From the NCBI GenBank assembly GCA_007119965.1, contig SKOR01000039.1, positions 3,157-67,156 on the forward strand: DNA of 64,000 nt, read 5' to 3'. The position numbers and the translations under genes are program-made. Positions within the stretch are counted from its first letter, which is position 1. Each line of letters begins with the position of its first letter. Of this stretch, positions 9,051-17,653 are shown one piece after another. The notes below the pieces were generated by a model. The model searched no databases. It was given only the letters and a program-made list of their open reading frames with translations, and was not told the DNA's origin. The stretch comes from Syntrophomonadaceae bacterium (GTDB taxonomy: Bacteria > Bacillota > Dethiobacteria > DTU022).

Positions 9051-9904
9051 AAAAAATGACCGTGATCAGCGGTAAAGGCGGAACGGGCAAAACTACTTTG
9101 ACAGCTTCTTTTGCAGCGCTGGCAAAAAAGAGAGCGGTGCTCGTCGACGGCGATGTGGATGCTGCCAACCTCAGCCTGATAACCGGGCCAACCTCGACTG
9201 AAGAGCATGAGTTCAAGGCATCGAAAGTAGCGGAAATCGCCCCTGAAAAATGCGATAACTGCAGCCTGTGCCTTGAATTGTGCCGCTTTGATGCTATTTC
9301 AGAAGCCTGTGTTGTTGATCCTGTATCCTGTGAAGGATGCGGTTTCTGTTACCATGTCTGCCCGCAGGGCGCTGTAGAGATGAATGAAAAGATATCGGGT
9401 TGCTGGTATATTTCCGAGACCCCTTACGGAAAACTGGTCCATGCCCGCCTTGGGGTAGCCGAAGAAAATTCGGGAAAGCTGGTTACGGTAATCCGTAACA
9501 GGGGCGAAGAACTGGCAGCTGCAGGGCGGAAGGAATACCTGATTGTCGACGGCCCGCCCGGTATCGGCTGCCCCGTTATCGCATCACTTTCCGGGGTTGA
9601 TGCTGCCTTAATTGTGACAGAGCCAACTGTATCGGGGATTCACGATCTGGAAAGAATCCTGGCCGTATGCCGTCATTTCGATGTGCCTGCTGCGGTGTGT
9701 ATTAACCGCTATGATCTTGCTGAAGAGCAGTCTTCCTTAATAGAAACATATTGTTTCAGGGAAGGAATCGATCTTGCCGGTAAAATTTCTTACAATAAGA
9801 TTTTTGTTGAAGCCATGATCCTGGGCCTGCCGGTTGTAGAGTATGACAGCAGCCGGGTAACTGATCAAATCATTACCGTCTGGAATACATTCGCGGGGTT
9901 GTGA
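9047..9904 (+). CDS. MinD/ParA-family P-loop ATPase with ferredoxin domain (second paralogue)
   Basis: SGKGGTGKTT, CDNCSLCLELC and CEGCGFCYHVCP. ATG 9047 overlaps the upstream stop (ATGA), which suggests translational coupling. Confidence 0.85.
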   Translation: MKKMTVISGKGGTGKTTLTASFAALAKKRAVLVDGDVDAANLSLITGPTSTEEHEFKASKVAEIAPEKCDNCSLCLELCRFDAISEACVVDPVSCEGCGFCYHVCPQGAVEMNEKISGCWYISETPYGKLVHARLGVAEENSGKLVTVIRNRGEELAAAGRKEYLIVDGPPGIGCPVIASLSGVDAALIVTEPTVSGIHDLERILAVCRHFDVPAAVCINRYDLAEEQSSLIETYCFREGIDLAGKISYNKIFVEAMILGLPVVEYDSSRVTDQIITVWNTFAGL

Positions 9905-9979
9905 AGTGTGTTGTGTTAAGTTGTCGTTTTTGTTAAAATATTTGCAAGCAATTTAATAAACTTAGAGGAGTTTGCCATT

Positions 9980-10357
9980 ATGCCCCGTCCTTTTAAACCC
10001 CGCCGGGTAAGTGAAATGCCCCGCTACACCTACTTTAAACCGACTGGCATCCCGATGCCTTTACTGGAAGAAGTGGTGCTGACGATTGATGAGGTAGAGG
10101 CCCTGCGTTTAAAAGATATCGAGAAGTTGGAACAGCATGAATGTGCGGAAAGAATGGATGTAGCCCAGAGCACCCTGCAGCGGATCCTGGTTTCCGCCCG
10201 GGAAAAGTTGACCAGGGCTATAATTGAAGGGAAAGCCCTGCGCATTCACGGCGGGCCCTATGCCCTGAGCAGCGACCAGGTATGTCCGCGCTGTCGCCAC
10301 CAGAGGAGGCGCGCCGCTAACCGGGAAGCGTACGAATGCCCCGAGTGTGATGAATGA
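9980..10357 (+). CDS. DUF134 (UPF0251) family putative DNA-binding protein with a C-terminal Cys4 motif
   Basis: The N-terminus MPRPFKPRRV....YFKP.G is the DUF134 signature. An HTH-like segment (MDVAQSTLQRIL) and CPRC...CPEC are also present. Confidence 0.8.
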   Translation: MPRPFKPRRVSEMPRYTYFKPTGIPMPLLEEVVLTIDEVEALRLKDIEKLEQHECAERMDVAQSTLQRILVSAREKLTRAIIEGKALRIHGGPYALSSDQVCPRCRHQRRRAANREAYECPECDE

Positions 10358-10463
10358 AATTATTTAAGCCATTAAATCTTAAATAGTCTCTTGCCACTTT
10401 AAGACGAAAGTAATAAGCTATACTTGCTGTATAGTTTGTTACTTTTACTATTTGGAGAATAAG

Positions 10464-11414
10464 ATGAAAATATCCGTTAACAGCATAGACCAAAACAAAA
10501 TGGGAATACTATATGGAACCGCTTCCTACGTATTGTGGGGTATGCTTCCGCTTTACTGGAAGCTTGTTGAAACGGTTCCGCACATCCAGGTTCTCGGACA
10601 CCGAATTTTCTGGTCTTTTATCTTTATGGTTATCGTGGTTGCTATTACCGGTGGCTGGAAAACCATAGTGGCTATTGCCGCAAACAGGCGCAAACTGTTC
10701 TTGATGTTTTTATGCGGCGTTATTATCAGTCTCAACTGGTATGTATACATCTATGCAATAAACACAGACCAGGTAATTGAAGCCAGCATGGGCTATTTTC
10801 TCAATCCCCTGATTGTAGTTTTGCTTGGGGTTTTAGTTTTTAAAGAAAAGTTGAGCAAGTGGCAGATTACGGCCCTGGTGTTAGCTGCTGCCGGTGTTTT
10901 GCTGGTGGCTCTGCAGTACGCCAGGTTCCCCTGGATTGCCCTCGCCCTGGCAGGAACATTTGCCACCTATGGTTTGATCAAAAAAATTATCATGGTTCAC
11001 CCCATTACCGGTTTGACCCTGGAAACCTTAATTGTTTCGCCGGTAGCGCTCTTCTATTTATTATCTCTTGAAGCCGCAGGAACTGGAGCGATGGGCAGCT
11101 CAGGCTGGGGCCTGATCCTGCTGCTGGCCGGTACGGGAGCTGTTACGTCAACGCCCTTACTGTTGTACGCGAAAGGTATAGAGAATACCACTTTTTCCAT
11201 GATGGGTTTTCTGCAGTATATCGCCCCATCGATAAATCTTTTTTTAGGAGTTATCGTATTCCGGGAGTACTTTTCGCTCTACCACTTCCTCAGCTTCTGC
11301 CTGATCTGGGCCGGCCTGGCTATCTTTACCCTGGCTAACCTGGGGATTTTAAAGAAATCTCCATCACTGCCGGGTGTCCGGGAAGAAAAAGGGGAGGTAT
11401 CGCCCGGCGTTTAA
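10464..11414 (+). CDS. rarD: EamA/DMT-family transporter, RarD-like
   Basis: Ten predicted TM segments. The N-terminal GILYGTASYVLWGMLPLYWKL is RarD-like. ATG 10464 follows GGAG 10454-10457. Confidence 0.75.
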   Translation: MKISVNSIDQNKMGILYGTASYVLWGMLPLYWKLVETVPHIQVLGHRIFWSFIFMVIVVAITGGWKTIVAIAANRRKLFLMFLCGVIISLNWYVYIYAINTDQVIEASMGYFLNPLIVVLLGVLVFKEKLSKWQITALVLAAAGVLLVALQYARFPWIALALAGTFATYGLIKKIIMVHPITGLTLETLIVSPVALFYLLSLEAAGTGAMGSSGWGLILLLAGTGAVTSTPLLLYAKGIENTTFSMMGFLQYIAPSINLFLGVIVFREYFSLYHFLSFCLIWAGLAIFTLANLGILKKSPSLPGVREEKGEVSPGV

Positions 11415-11505
11415 CCTTTCGGCAGGAAGTTGTATTCATGGCAAAATCAGCCGGTGGCCCGGGGCAGCTCGCCGGGCAGCGGTTTTTATATTTGACGCGC
11501 AACGG

Positions 11506-11535
11506 TTAGACAAGCTTAATCCTGCGTGCTATAAT
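11506..11535 (+). promoter_or_regulatory. sigma-A promoter of the riboswitch/cob operon
   Basis: TTAGAC (11506-11511), an 18-nt spacer, then an extended -10 TGcTATAAT (11527-11535). Confidence 0.55.
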
Positions 11536-11554
11536 ATCTGCGACAGTTAAATAA

Positions 11555-11715
11555 GAGCCAATCAGGTGTCAATAGACTGAATAGGGAAGCCGGTGAAAAT
11601 CCGGCGCGGTCCCGCCACTGTAAGTGGGAAGCATCTCCTTGAAGCCACTGGTTTTAAACTGCCGGGAAGGCAGGAGATGCAGTGAACACGAGCCAGGAGA
11701 CCTGCCTGATTGCGC
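11555..11715 (+). promoter_or_regulatory. cobalamin (B12) riboswitch aptamer
   Basis: The conserved core is GGGAAGCCGGTGAAAATCCGGCGCGGTCCCGCCACTGTAA, with the B12-box region GAAGCCACTG..GGGAAGG and ..AGCCAGGAGACCTGCC. P1 pairs CAATCAGG (11559-11566) with CCTGATTG (11705-11712). Confidence 0.92.
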
Positions 11716-11752
11716 GCTTAACCCCTTCGGGTGAAAGGGTAAAGCGGGGTAG

Positions 11753-11778
11753 AAACCACGTTTTCCCGTGGTTTTTTT
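11753..11778 (+). terminator. intrinsic terminator (riboswitch expression platform)
   Basis: AACCACG (11754-11760) pairs with CGTGGTT (11767-11773), followed by a T-run to 11778. A second small hairpin plus T6 lies at 11789-11806. Confidence 0.8.
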
Positions 11779-11851
11779 GTTTTATATAAACCGGCCCGGT
11801 TTTTTCTGAGAAGAGCCAAAACGGCCGGAAGAAAATGAGGAGAGATAAAAG

Positions 11852-12829
11852 ATGAAAGGTAAGTTGTTAATGTTGGTATTGCTGGTGGGAGTCAGCCTGT
11901 TGTTCCTGGCAGGCTGCGGAAGCGCAGATCATGCAACTGAAAATGATGAACCGGTAGAGGTTCTTGAACCGGATGATTCCCCGGAGCCTGTTGAAACCGA
12001 CGGGACCGTGGTTGTGACCGACCAAATGGGGCGTGAAGTTGTAATCGAGAGTGTTCCGCAGCGAATTATTTCCCTGTCCCCGAGCAATACAGAGATAGCT
12101 TTTGCCCTGGGTCTCGGCGATCGTATTGTCGGGGTAACCGAATTCTGCAATTACCCGCCTGAAGCTCTTGAAAAAGACGATGTCGGCGGCTTCAGCACTC
12201 CCAGTATTGAGCGGATTCTTGAACTTGAACCTGAACTGATCCTGGCTTCGACAATCCATGAAGAAGAAGTGCCCCGCCTGGAAGAGCTGGGCCTGTCGGT
12301 TTTGGTTATCGAGTCATCTAACCTGATTGATCTTTACACCAGTATCTCTCTTGTCGCTGAAGTAACCGGAATTACAGCCGACGGAGAAGCGCTGATTGCC
12401 TCAATGCAGGAGCGGATCGGGGCTGTGGAAGCGGTTGTCGCTGATCTGGATCCCGAAGACCGGGTCCGGGTTTACTACGAAGTCTATTCCGATCCGTTAA
12501 TGAGCGCGGGTAAGGGCGCATTCATTAACGAAATAATTTCACTGGCCGGGGGAGTCAATATTTTTGGCGATGTTGATGAAAATTATCCAACGATCAGCGC
12601 CGAAGTAGTCGCTGAAAAACAGCCTGACATAATATTGTTCCCCGATTACCACGGCACAGCTGATTTCGTTGTAGACGGCATGGCCGAACGCGCGGGTTGG
12701 GAAAGCCTCCCTGCCGTGCAGGAGAGCAGGGTTTTCGCCATTTCGGATGATGCTTTTGCCCGCCCGGGCCCCCGTGTGGTTGAAGCGGTAGAGGAAGCGG
12801 CCAGGATTTTTTACCCGGAAATGTTTTAA
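11852..12829 (+). CDS. corrinoid/iron-complex ABC transporter substrate-binding lipoprotein (BtuF-like)
   Basis: Lipobox LLFLAGC. Cluster-A (FecB/BtuF-type) binding-protein architecture. It is the first gene after the B12 riboswitch. Confidence 0.85.
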   Translation: MKGKLLMLVLLVGVSLLFLAGCGSADHATENDEPVEVLEPDDSPEPVETDGTVVVTDQMGREVVIESVPQRIISLSPSNTEIAFALGLGDRIVGVTEFCNYPPEALEKDDVGGFSTPSIERILELEPELILASTIHEEEVPRLEELGLSVLVIESSNLIDLYTSISLVAEVTGITADGEALIASMQERIGAVEAVVADLDPEDRVRVYYEVYSDPLMSAGKGAFINEIISLAGGVNIFGDVDENYPTISAEVVAEKQPDIILFPDYHGTADFVVDGMAERAGWESLPAVQESRVFAISDDAFARPGPRVVEAVEEAARIFYPEMF

Positions 12830-12893
12830 AAGCAGTAAACAGGAACCGTAAAAACAGCATGCAGAAGGCAGGTAGATTAATACGGCTAATAAA

Positions 12894-13967
12894 GTGAGGA
12901 CCCAAAAGGAAAAATCAGGGTCGGTGATCAGGCCAATATTTATGGCGGCCCTGTTAGTGGTGCTTATATGCACCGTAATCGCCGCCATGGTCTGGGGAGC
13001 GGTGGCCATTGCCTGGCGTGATGTTTTTGCGCTTCTTGCTGATGCACTGCCTTTTTATGATTCTGAGAGGGCAGCAGAAATGCCGCCGGTTTACAGAGAT
13101 ATACTGCTGCAGATCCGTGTGCCGCGAGTCTTGCTGGCGGCGGCGGTGGGCAGCTCACTGGCTGTATCAGGGGCTGTTTTTCAGGGGTTGTTCAGAAACC
13201 CGATGGCCGACCCGTACGTGATCGGGATATCATCGGGGGCCGCCCTGGGGGCTGTTTTTGCCATGCTCGGGGGCTTCAGCCTGGCCCTGGGCGGTTTCGG
13301 GGCAGTTCCGCTTTTTGCTTTTGCCGGTGGTATTTCAACGATGATGCTTGTTTACAGCATGGCCAGGGTCGGCCGGGCTGTGCCCGTGATGACCCTGCTC
13401 CTGGCCGGTATTGCCGTCAGCGCTTTTCTTTCAGCCCTGGTTTCCCTGCTGACCTATTTTGCGGGAGAAAGGCTGCATATGGTCGTTTTCTGGATGATGG
13501 GCGGTTTAGGCGGGGCAACCTGGCAGCAGGTGCAGGTTATGGTCCCCTACGCCCTGGTTGGCTATATCTGTGTCAGTTTCTTTTCACGTGAGCTTAACGC
13601 TATGCTGCTTGGTGAAGAAACCGCCAGCCACCTGGGCGTTAACACCGAACGGGTGAAAAAGATCCTGCTGGTTGGAGCTTCACTGTTGGTGGCGGCGGCA
13701 GTTTCAACCAGTGGTATTATCGGTTTTGTCGGCCTGGTCGTACCCCATTTTGTGCGCCTTGTTGCAGGCCCCGATCATCGTTTTCTGATTCCCGCTTCAG
13801 CACTGCTGGGCGGGGCTCTGCTAATTGCCACCGATACCCTGGCCCGTATTGTTATTGCTCCTTCGGAACTGCCGGTGGGAATTATTACCGCCCTGATTGG
13901 GGCGCCCATGTTTATCTATTTATTGAAAAAGCGCCGTAAATTGCGCTATTTTGGCGGAGGTGGGTAG
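12894..13967 (+). CDS. FecCD-family ABC transporter permease (BtuC-like)
   Basis: About 10 TM segments, with the FecCD-type C-terminal pattern ...ELPVGIITALIGAPMFIYLL. The start is uncertain (GTG 12894 or ATG 12942). Confidence 0.85.
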   Translation: MRTQKEKSGSVIRPIFMAALLVVLICTVIAAMVWGAVAIAWRDVFALLADALPFYDSERAAEMPPVYRDILLQIRVPRVLLAAAVGSSLAVSGAVFQGLFRNPMADPYVIGISSGAALGAVFAMLGGFSLALGGFGAVPLFAFAGGISTMMLVYSMARVGRAVPVMTLLLAGIAVSAFLSALVSLLTYFAGERLHMVVFWMMGGLGGATWQQVQVMVPYALVGYICVSFFSRELNAMLLGEETASHLGVNTERVKKILLVGASLLVAAAVSTSGIIGFVGLVVPHFVRLVAGPDHRFLIPASALLGGALLIATDTLARIVIAPSELPVGIITALIGAPMFIYLLKKRRKLRYFGGGG

Positions 13968-13972
13968 AACTG

Positions 13973-15262
13973 ATGGGTTTGGATATTGATGTTCATGGTT
14001 TAAAACTGACCTACGACACCCATCCTGTCCTTGACGGAACCGAGTTCAGTGTTAAACGCGGTGACCTGGTAGCCCTGCTTGGGGCGAACGGGGCCGGCAA
14101 ATCAACCTTGCTGCGCTGTATCAGCCGGGTTTTGCAGCCGACCGGCGGCCAGATTATTCTTGACGGCCGGGAACTGCAGCAGTTTAAAACAAAAGAGGCT
14201 GCCCGCCTGATGGCGGTTGTGCCCCAGGAAACAACTGCCGATTTTGATTTTACGGTTGAAGATATTGTCATGATGGGCCGGTTTCCGTACCTGCGCCGTT
14301 TTCAGAAGGAAGACCTTGGGGACAGGGAGATAGTCTCGCGGGCTATGGAGATGACCGGGGTGTCCCACCTGGCGGATCGCTCCATTGCAACCCTGAGCGG
14401 CGGAGAAAAGCAGAGGGTGATCATGGCCCGTGCTGTAAGCCAGCAGCCTGAAGTGCTGCTGCTGGACGAACCGACAGCCAACCTCGATATCGGTTACCAG
14501 TCCATGCTCCTTGAACTGGCCAGCCGTCTTAACCGCGAGCAGGGGGTAACCGTAATTGCCGCCATTCACGACATCAACCTGGCGGTACACCATTTTAACC
14601 GCTACATTTTACTGTCCGGCGGCAGAGTTCTTGCAGCAGGGCGGGCTGAAGAAGTGATTACCCCTGAAAATATTCAAAAGTCCTACGGTGTGCCCGCCTC
14701 AACGTATCGCCATCCGCTGCACGGGGTTTTGCAGGTCAGTGTAGTAAGGGGACCCAGGCCCCGTGAGCTGCCGGGCGGGGGGGCTTCCGCGCATGTGATC
14801 GGCGGCGGGGAAGAAGCCCTGCCAGTCCTGGAGATTCTCAGCCAGAAAGGCTGCCGCCTCTCCGTGGGCCCGGTCTCAGCGCAGGACAGCGGCTGTCGCT
14901 TTGCCCACTTTCACAGCCTCCCGGTAATTATCGTCCCGCCTTTTACCAGTATGAATAACGAGCACAGGGCAGAACACTTCAGGCTGATGCGCGAGGCTGA
15001 TGCCGTGATCGTGCCGCCGATACCCTTCGGGGAAGGGAACCTGCCGATCTTCGACCAGGTGGAAGTTGTTTTGAAAGAAGGAAAACCCGTCTATATAATT
15101 GACTTTGACGGAATTGAGGAGCGCGATTACAGCGGCAGGGCCGGGGTCCTTATGCAGAGGATGGTAGATGAGGGCGCCGTGGTTTTGGATAGCGTTGAAG
15201 ATTTGCCGGAAGCTATTTGCGGCGTTCGTAACCGGGACGGAGGCGAAGAAGGTGAAAGGTAA
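13973..15262 (+). CDS. ABC transporter ATP-binding protein (BtuD/FepC-like) fused to a ~170-aa C-terminal domain of unknown function
   Basis: Walker A GANGAGKST, signature LSGGEKQR, Walker B LLLDEPT and an H-loop HD occupy aa 1-~255. Residues ~260-429 have no ABC motifs and show a Rossmann-like alternation (HVIGGGEEALPV...ADAVIVPPIPFGEGNL...GKPVYII). Confidence 0.85.
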   Translation: MGLDIDVHGLKLTYDTHPVLDGTEFSVKRGDLVALLGANGAGKSTLLRCISRVLQPTGGQIILDGRELQQFKTKEAARLMAVVPQETTADFDFTVEDIVMMGRFPYLRRFQKEDLGDREIVSRAMEMTGVSHLADRSIATLSGGEKQRVIMARAVSQQPEVLLLDEPTANLDIGYQSMLLELASRLNREQGVTVIAAIHDINLAVHHFNRYILLSGGRVLAAGRAEEVITPENIQKSYGVPASTYRHPLHGVLQVSVVRGPRPRELPGGGASAHVIGGGEEALPVLEILSQKGCRLSVGPVSAQDSGCRFAHFHSLPVIIVPPFTSMNNEHRAEHFRLMREADAVIVPPIPFGEGNLPIFDQVEVVLKEGKPVYIIDFDGIEERDYSGRAGVLMQRMVDEGAVVLDSVEDLPEAICGVRNRDGGEEGER

Positions 15263-15857
15263 ACCTGAAGGAAATCCCCGTGGGCTGGTACTAATCACCG
15301 GGGGAGTGCGCAGCGGGAAAAGCTCTTTTGCCGAAGAAATGGCAGAAGAGAGCGCCAAAAAGGTGATTTACCTGGCTACGGCCAGGGTTGAAGATGATGA
15401 AATGCGCGAGCGGGTTGCCCGTCACCGGAGCAGGAGACCGTCAAATGTGCGCACCTGCGAGGAACCGCTTGAACCGCACCTGATCCTGGAGAAAGAAAGC
15501 AGTCCGGATAGTTTAATTCTAATGGACTGCCTGACCCTGTTGATCAGCAACCGGATTCTCCATGATCTCGACAGCCACGGGGCGGTAAGAGAGGGAGAAG
15601 ATATTTATGCCGACGAAAGAATTATTGATGCAGCAGCTGAGCGGACCTTTGACTATATAAGGAAGTTTACGGAAGCCGCCCGCAGGTGCCTGTCCGATGT
15701 GCTGGTGGTGACCAATGAAGTCGGTATGGGTGTAGTGCCGAATTATCCCGTGGCCCGTGCTTTCCGCGATCTGTCCGGCCGGGCTAACCAGGTGCTCGCT
15801 GCAGAGGCCGATCAGGTTTGGATGGTAGTCTGCGGTATCCCGCAGCGTATAAAATAG
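15252..15857 (+). CDS. cobU: adenosylcobinamide kinase / adenosylcobinamide-phosphate guanylyltransferase
   Basis: P-loop GGVRSGKS and the family pattern ..YLATA...DDEMRERVARH. GTG 15252 lies 9 nt after GGAGG 15238-15242 and overlaps the upstream stop. Confidence 0.9.
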   Translation: MKGKPEGNPRGLVLITGGVRSGKSSFAEEMAEESAKKVIYLATARVEDDEMRERVARHRSRRPSNVRTCEEPLEPHLILEKESSPDSLILMDCLTLLISNRILHDLDSHGAVREGEDIYADERIIDAAAERTFDYIRKFTEAARRCLSDVLVVTNEVGMGVVPNYPVARAFRDLSGRANQVLAAEADQVWMVVCGIPQRIK

Positions 15858-16841
15858 ATGGAGCGGGTGTTCTTGGCCATTACCGCCCTGACAGCGGCCT
15901 ATCTGCTGGACTGCCTGATTGGTGACCCGCGCCGCCTGCCCCACCCCGTCCGTTTTTTGGGGGCGGCGGTAGACAGCATGGAAATTGCAGCCCGCAGGCT
16001 TTTTCGCACCCCGCGGGGACTCAGGATGGGCGGAGCATTAATCGTATTTGTTACTGCCGGCATTGCGCTTTTTTTAACCATTATCCCGGTTGCGGCAGCT
16101 TACCGCCTGCACCCGGCGGCAGGCCTAATTTTGGAAACATACATAATTTTTGCTTGCCTGGCCGGGGGTGACCTGCGCAACCATGTTTTGGAGGTTGAAG
16201 AAAATTTACTGAGAGGCAGTCTGGAAAAAGCCCGTGCCAGCGCTGCCCTGTTAGTCAGCCGCGATACCGGTTCATTGGATGAAAGCGGAGTATCCAGGGC
16301 AGCGCTGGAAAGCCTTTTTGAAAACAGTGCCGACGGCCTTGTTGCCCCGCTGTTATTCGCAGCGGTTGGGGGGCCTGCAGCTGCGGTATTATACAAGACA
16401 GTGAATACCCTTGATTCAATGCTCGGTTACAAAACAGCAGAATACGGCGATCTTGGTTATTTTGCGGCTAAAACCGATGACGTTTTAAACTATATTCCCT
16501 CCCGCCTGACCGCGCTGTATATCATCCTGGCCGGTGCGGGCAGCGGCCGCTGGCGGGAAGGCCGCCGGGTGCTCTCTGCAGACCGCGGCAAACATGAAAG
16601 CCCCAACAGCGCCTGGCCTGAAGCAGCCGCGGCGGGTATCCTCGGGATAAGCTTCGGCGGCGCAGATTATTATCGCGATGAAATTGTTTTAAGGCCGCTG
16701 ATCAATGATTCGGGGAATGCCCCGGTGCCTGCCGATATCGGGCGGGGCCTGGCCCTTTTTCGCAGCACATCCATACTGGCCTTTATCAGCCTGGTTATCT
16801 TATCTTACTGGTTAAGAACCTGGGAGGCTCTGCTCTTATGA
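15858..16841 (+). CDS. cbiB: adenosylcobinamide-phosphate synthase
   Basis: CobD/CbiB-family membrane protein with the LPHPVRFLG motif. It abuts the cobU stop. Confidence 0.9.
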   Translation: MERVFLAITALTAAYLLDCLIGDPRRLPHPVRFLGAAVDSMEIAARRLFRTPRGLRMGGALIVFVTAGIALFLTIIPVAAAYRLHPAAGLILETYIIFACLAGGDLRNHVLEVEENLLRGSLEKARASAALLVSRDTGSLDESGVSRAALESLFENSADGLVAPLLFAAVGGPAAAVLYKTVNTLDSMLGYKTAEYGDLGYFAAKTDDVLNYIPSRLTALYIILAGAGSGRWREGRRVLSADRGKHESPNSAWPEAAAAGILGISFGGADYYRDEIVLRPLINDSGNAPVPADIGRGLALFRSTSILAFISLVILSYWLRTWEALLL

Positions 16842-17653
16842 CAAACTACCTGCGCGCCCTTTCTTTTTTAACAATTATCCCGCTGCCCTTTGTCACTTTC
16901 GGGCCTGACAGCAGGGAACTATCTGATTCAGCCGTTTGTTTTCCTCTAGCCGGGGCCACGATCGGTGTTTTTATGGCGGCGGCAGCATGGGCCCTGCTGC
17001 ACATTTTTCCTCCCGGCCCGGCAGCTGTAGCTGCCCTGGTCTTAAGTTTTTACCTGACCCGCGGCCTTCATTTTGACGGGTTGGCTGATACAGCTGACGG
17101 CCTGATCGGGACTACCGGCAGGGACAAAGCCTTTAAGGCGATGGATGACAGTGCAGTAGGTGTGATGGGTGCTGCTTCCCTTTTTTTTGTTTACCTGCTT
17201 AAATATGCCCTGCTCGTAGAGTTCAGCCATGCAGTTTTGCCCTTTGCCCTGCTGTTTATGCCCCTGGCCGGCAGGTGGGCCATCGTTTACGCCGGGGCCT
17301 GGTTCGCGCCGGCCCGCGACCGGGGTTTGGGTGACCTGTTCCTGCGGGGCTTGCGCTGGCCGGTTCTGCTGAAGGCATCCCTGTCAACGGCGCTGCTGCT
17401 TTTTGTCTTTGCCTGGTGGTATGCTCCTCTGGTTATCCCGGTGTTTATCGGCTGTTTTATGGCTCTTGCAGCGGCGCACCTGTTATCATTTTATGCCTCA
17501 CGCCGCCTGGGCGGGATTACCGGTGACATTCTCGGGGCGTCAAGTGAACTCGGGGAAGTTTTTTTCCTCTTCGGATTTTATATGGCCCTGCAGTACAACA
17601 GCAGTGCCATACTGCAGGCGAAGGTGGTGACTTGTTATGTCCAGGGTTTTTGA
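16838..17653 (+). CDS. cobS: adenosylcobinamide-GDP ribazoletransferase (cobalamin synthase)
   Basis: Polytopic membrane protein with GLHFDGLADTADG. It overlaps cbiB by 4 nt. Confidence 0.9.
   Translation: MTNYLRALSFLTIIPLPFVTFGPDSRELSDSAVCFPLAGATIGVFMAAAAWALLHIFPPGPAAVAALVLSFYLTRGLHFDGLADTADGLIGTTGRDKAFKAMDDSAVGVMGAASLFFVYLLKYALLVEFSHAVLPFALLFMPLAGRWAIVYAGAWFAPARDRGLGDLFLRGLRWPVLLKASLSTALLLFVFAWWYAPLVIPVFIGCFMALAAAHLLSFYASRRLGGITGDILGASSELGEVFFLFGFYMALQYNSSAILQAKVVTCYVQGF

Noticed and set aside
14750-15262. The C-terminal extension of BtuD might be a fused CbiZ (adenosylcobinamide amidohydrolase)
   Set aside because: I do not recognise CbiZ-like motifs in it. The call would be a guess based on context alone, so the domain is left as unknown.
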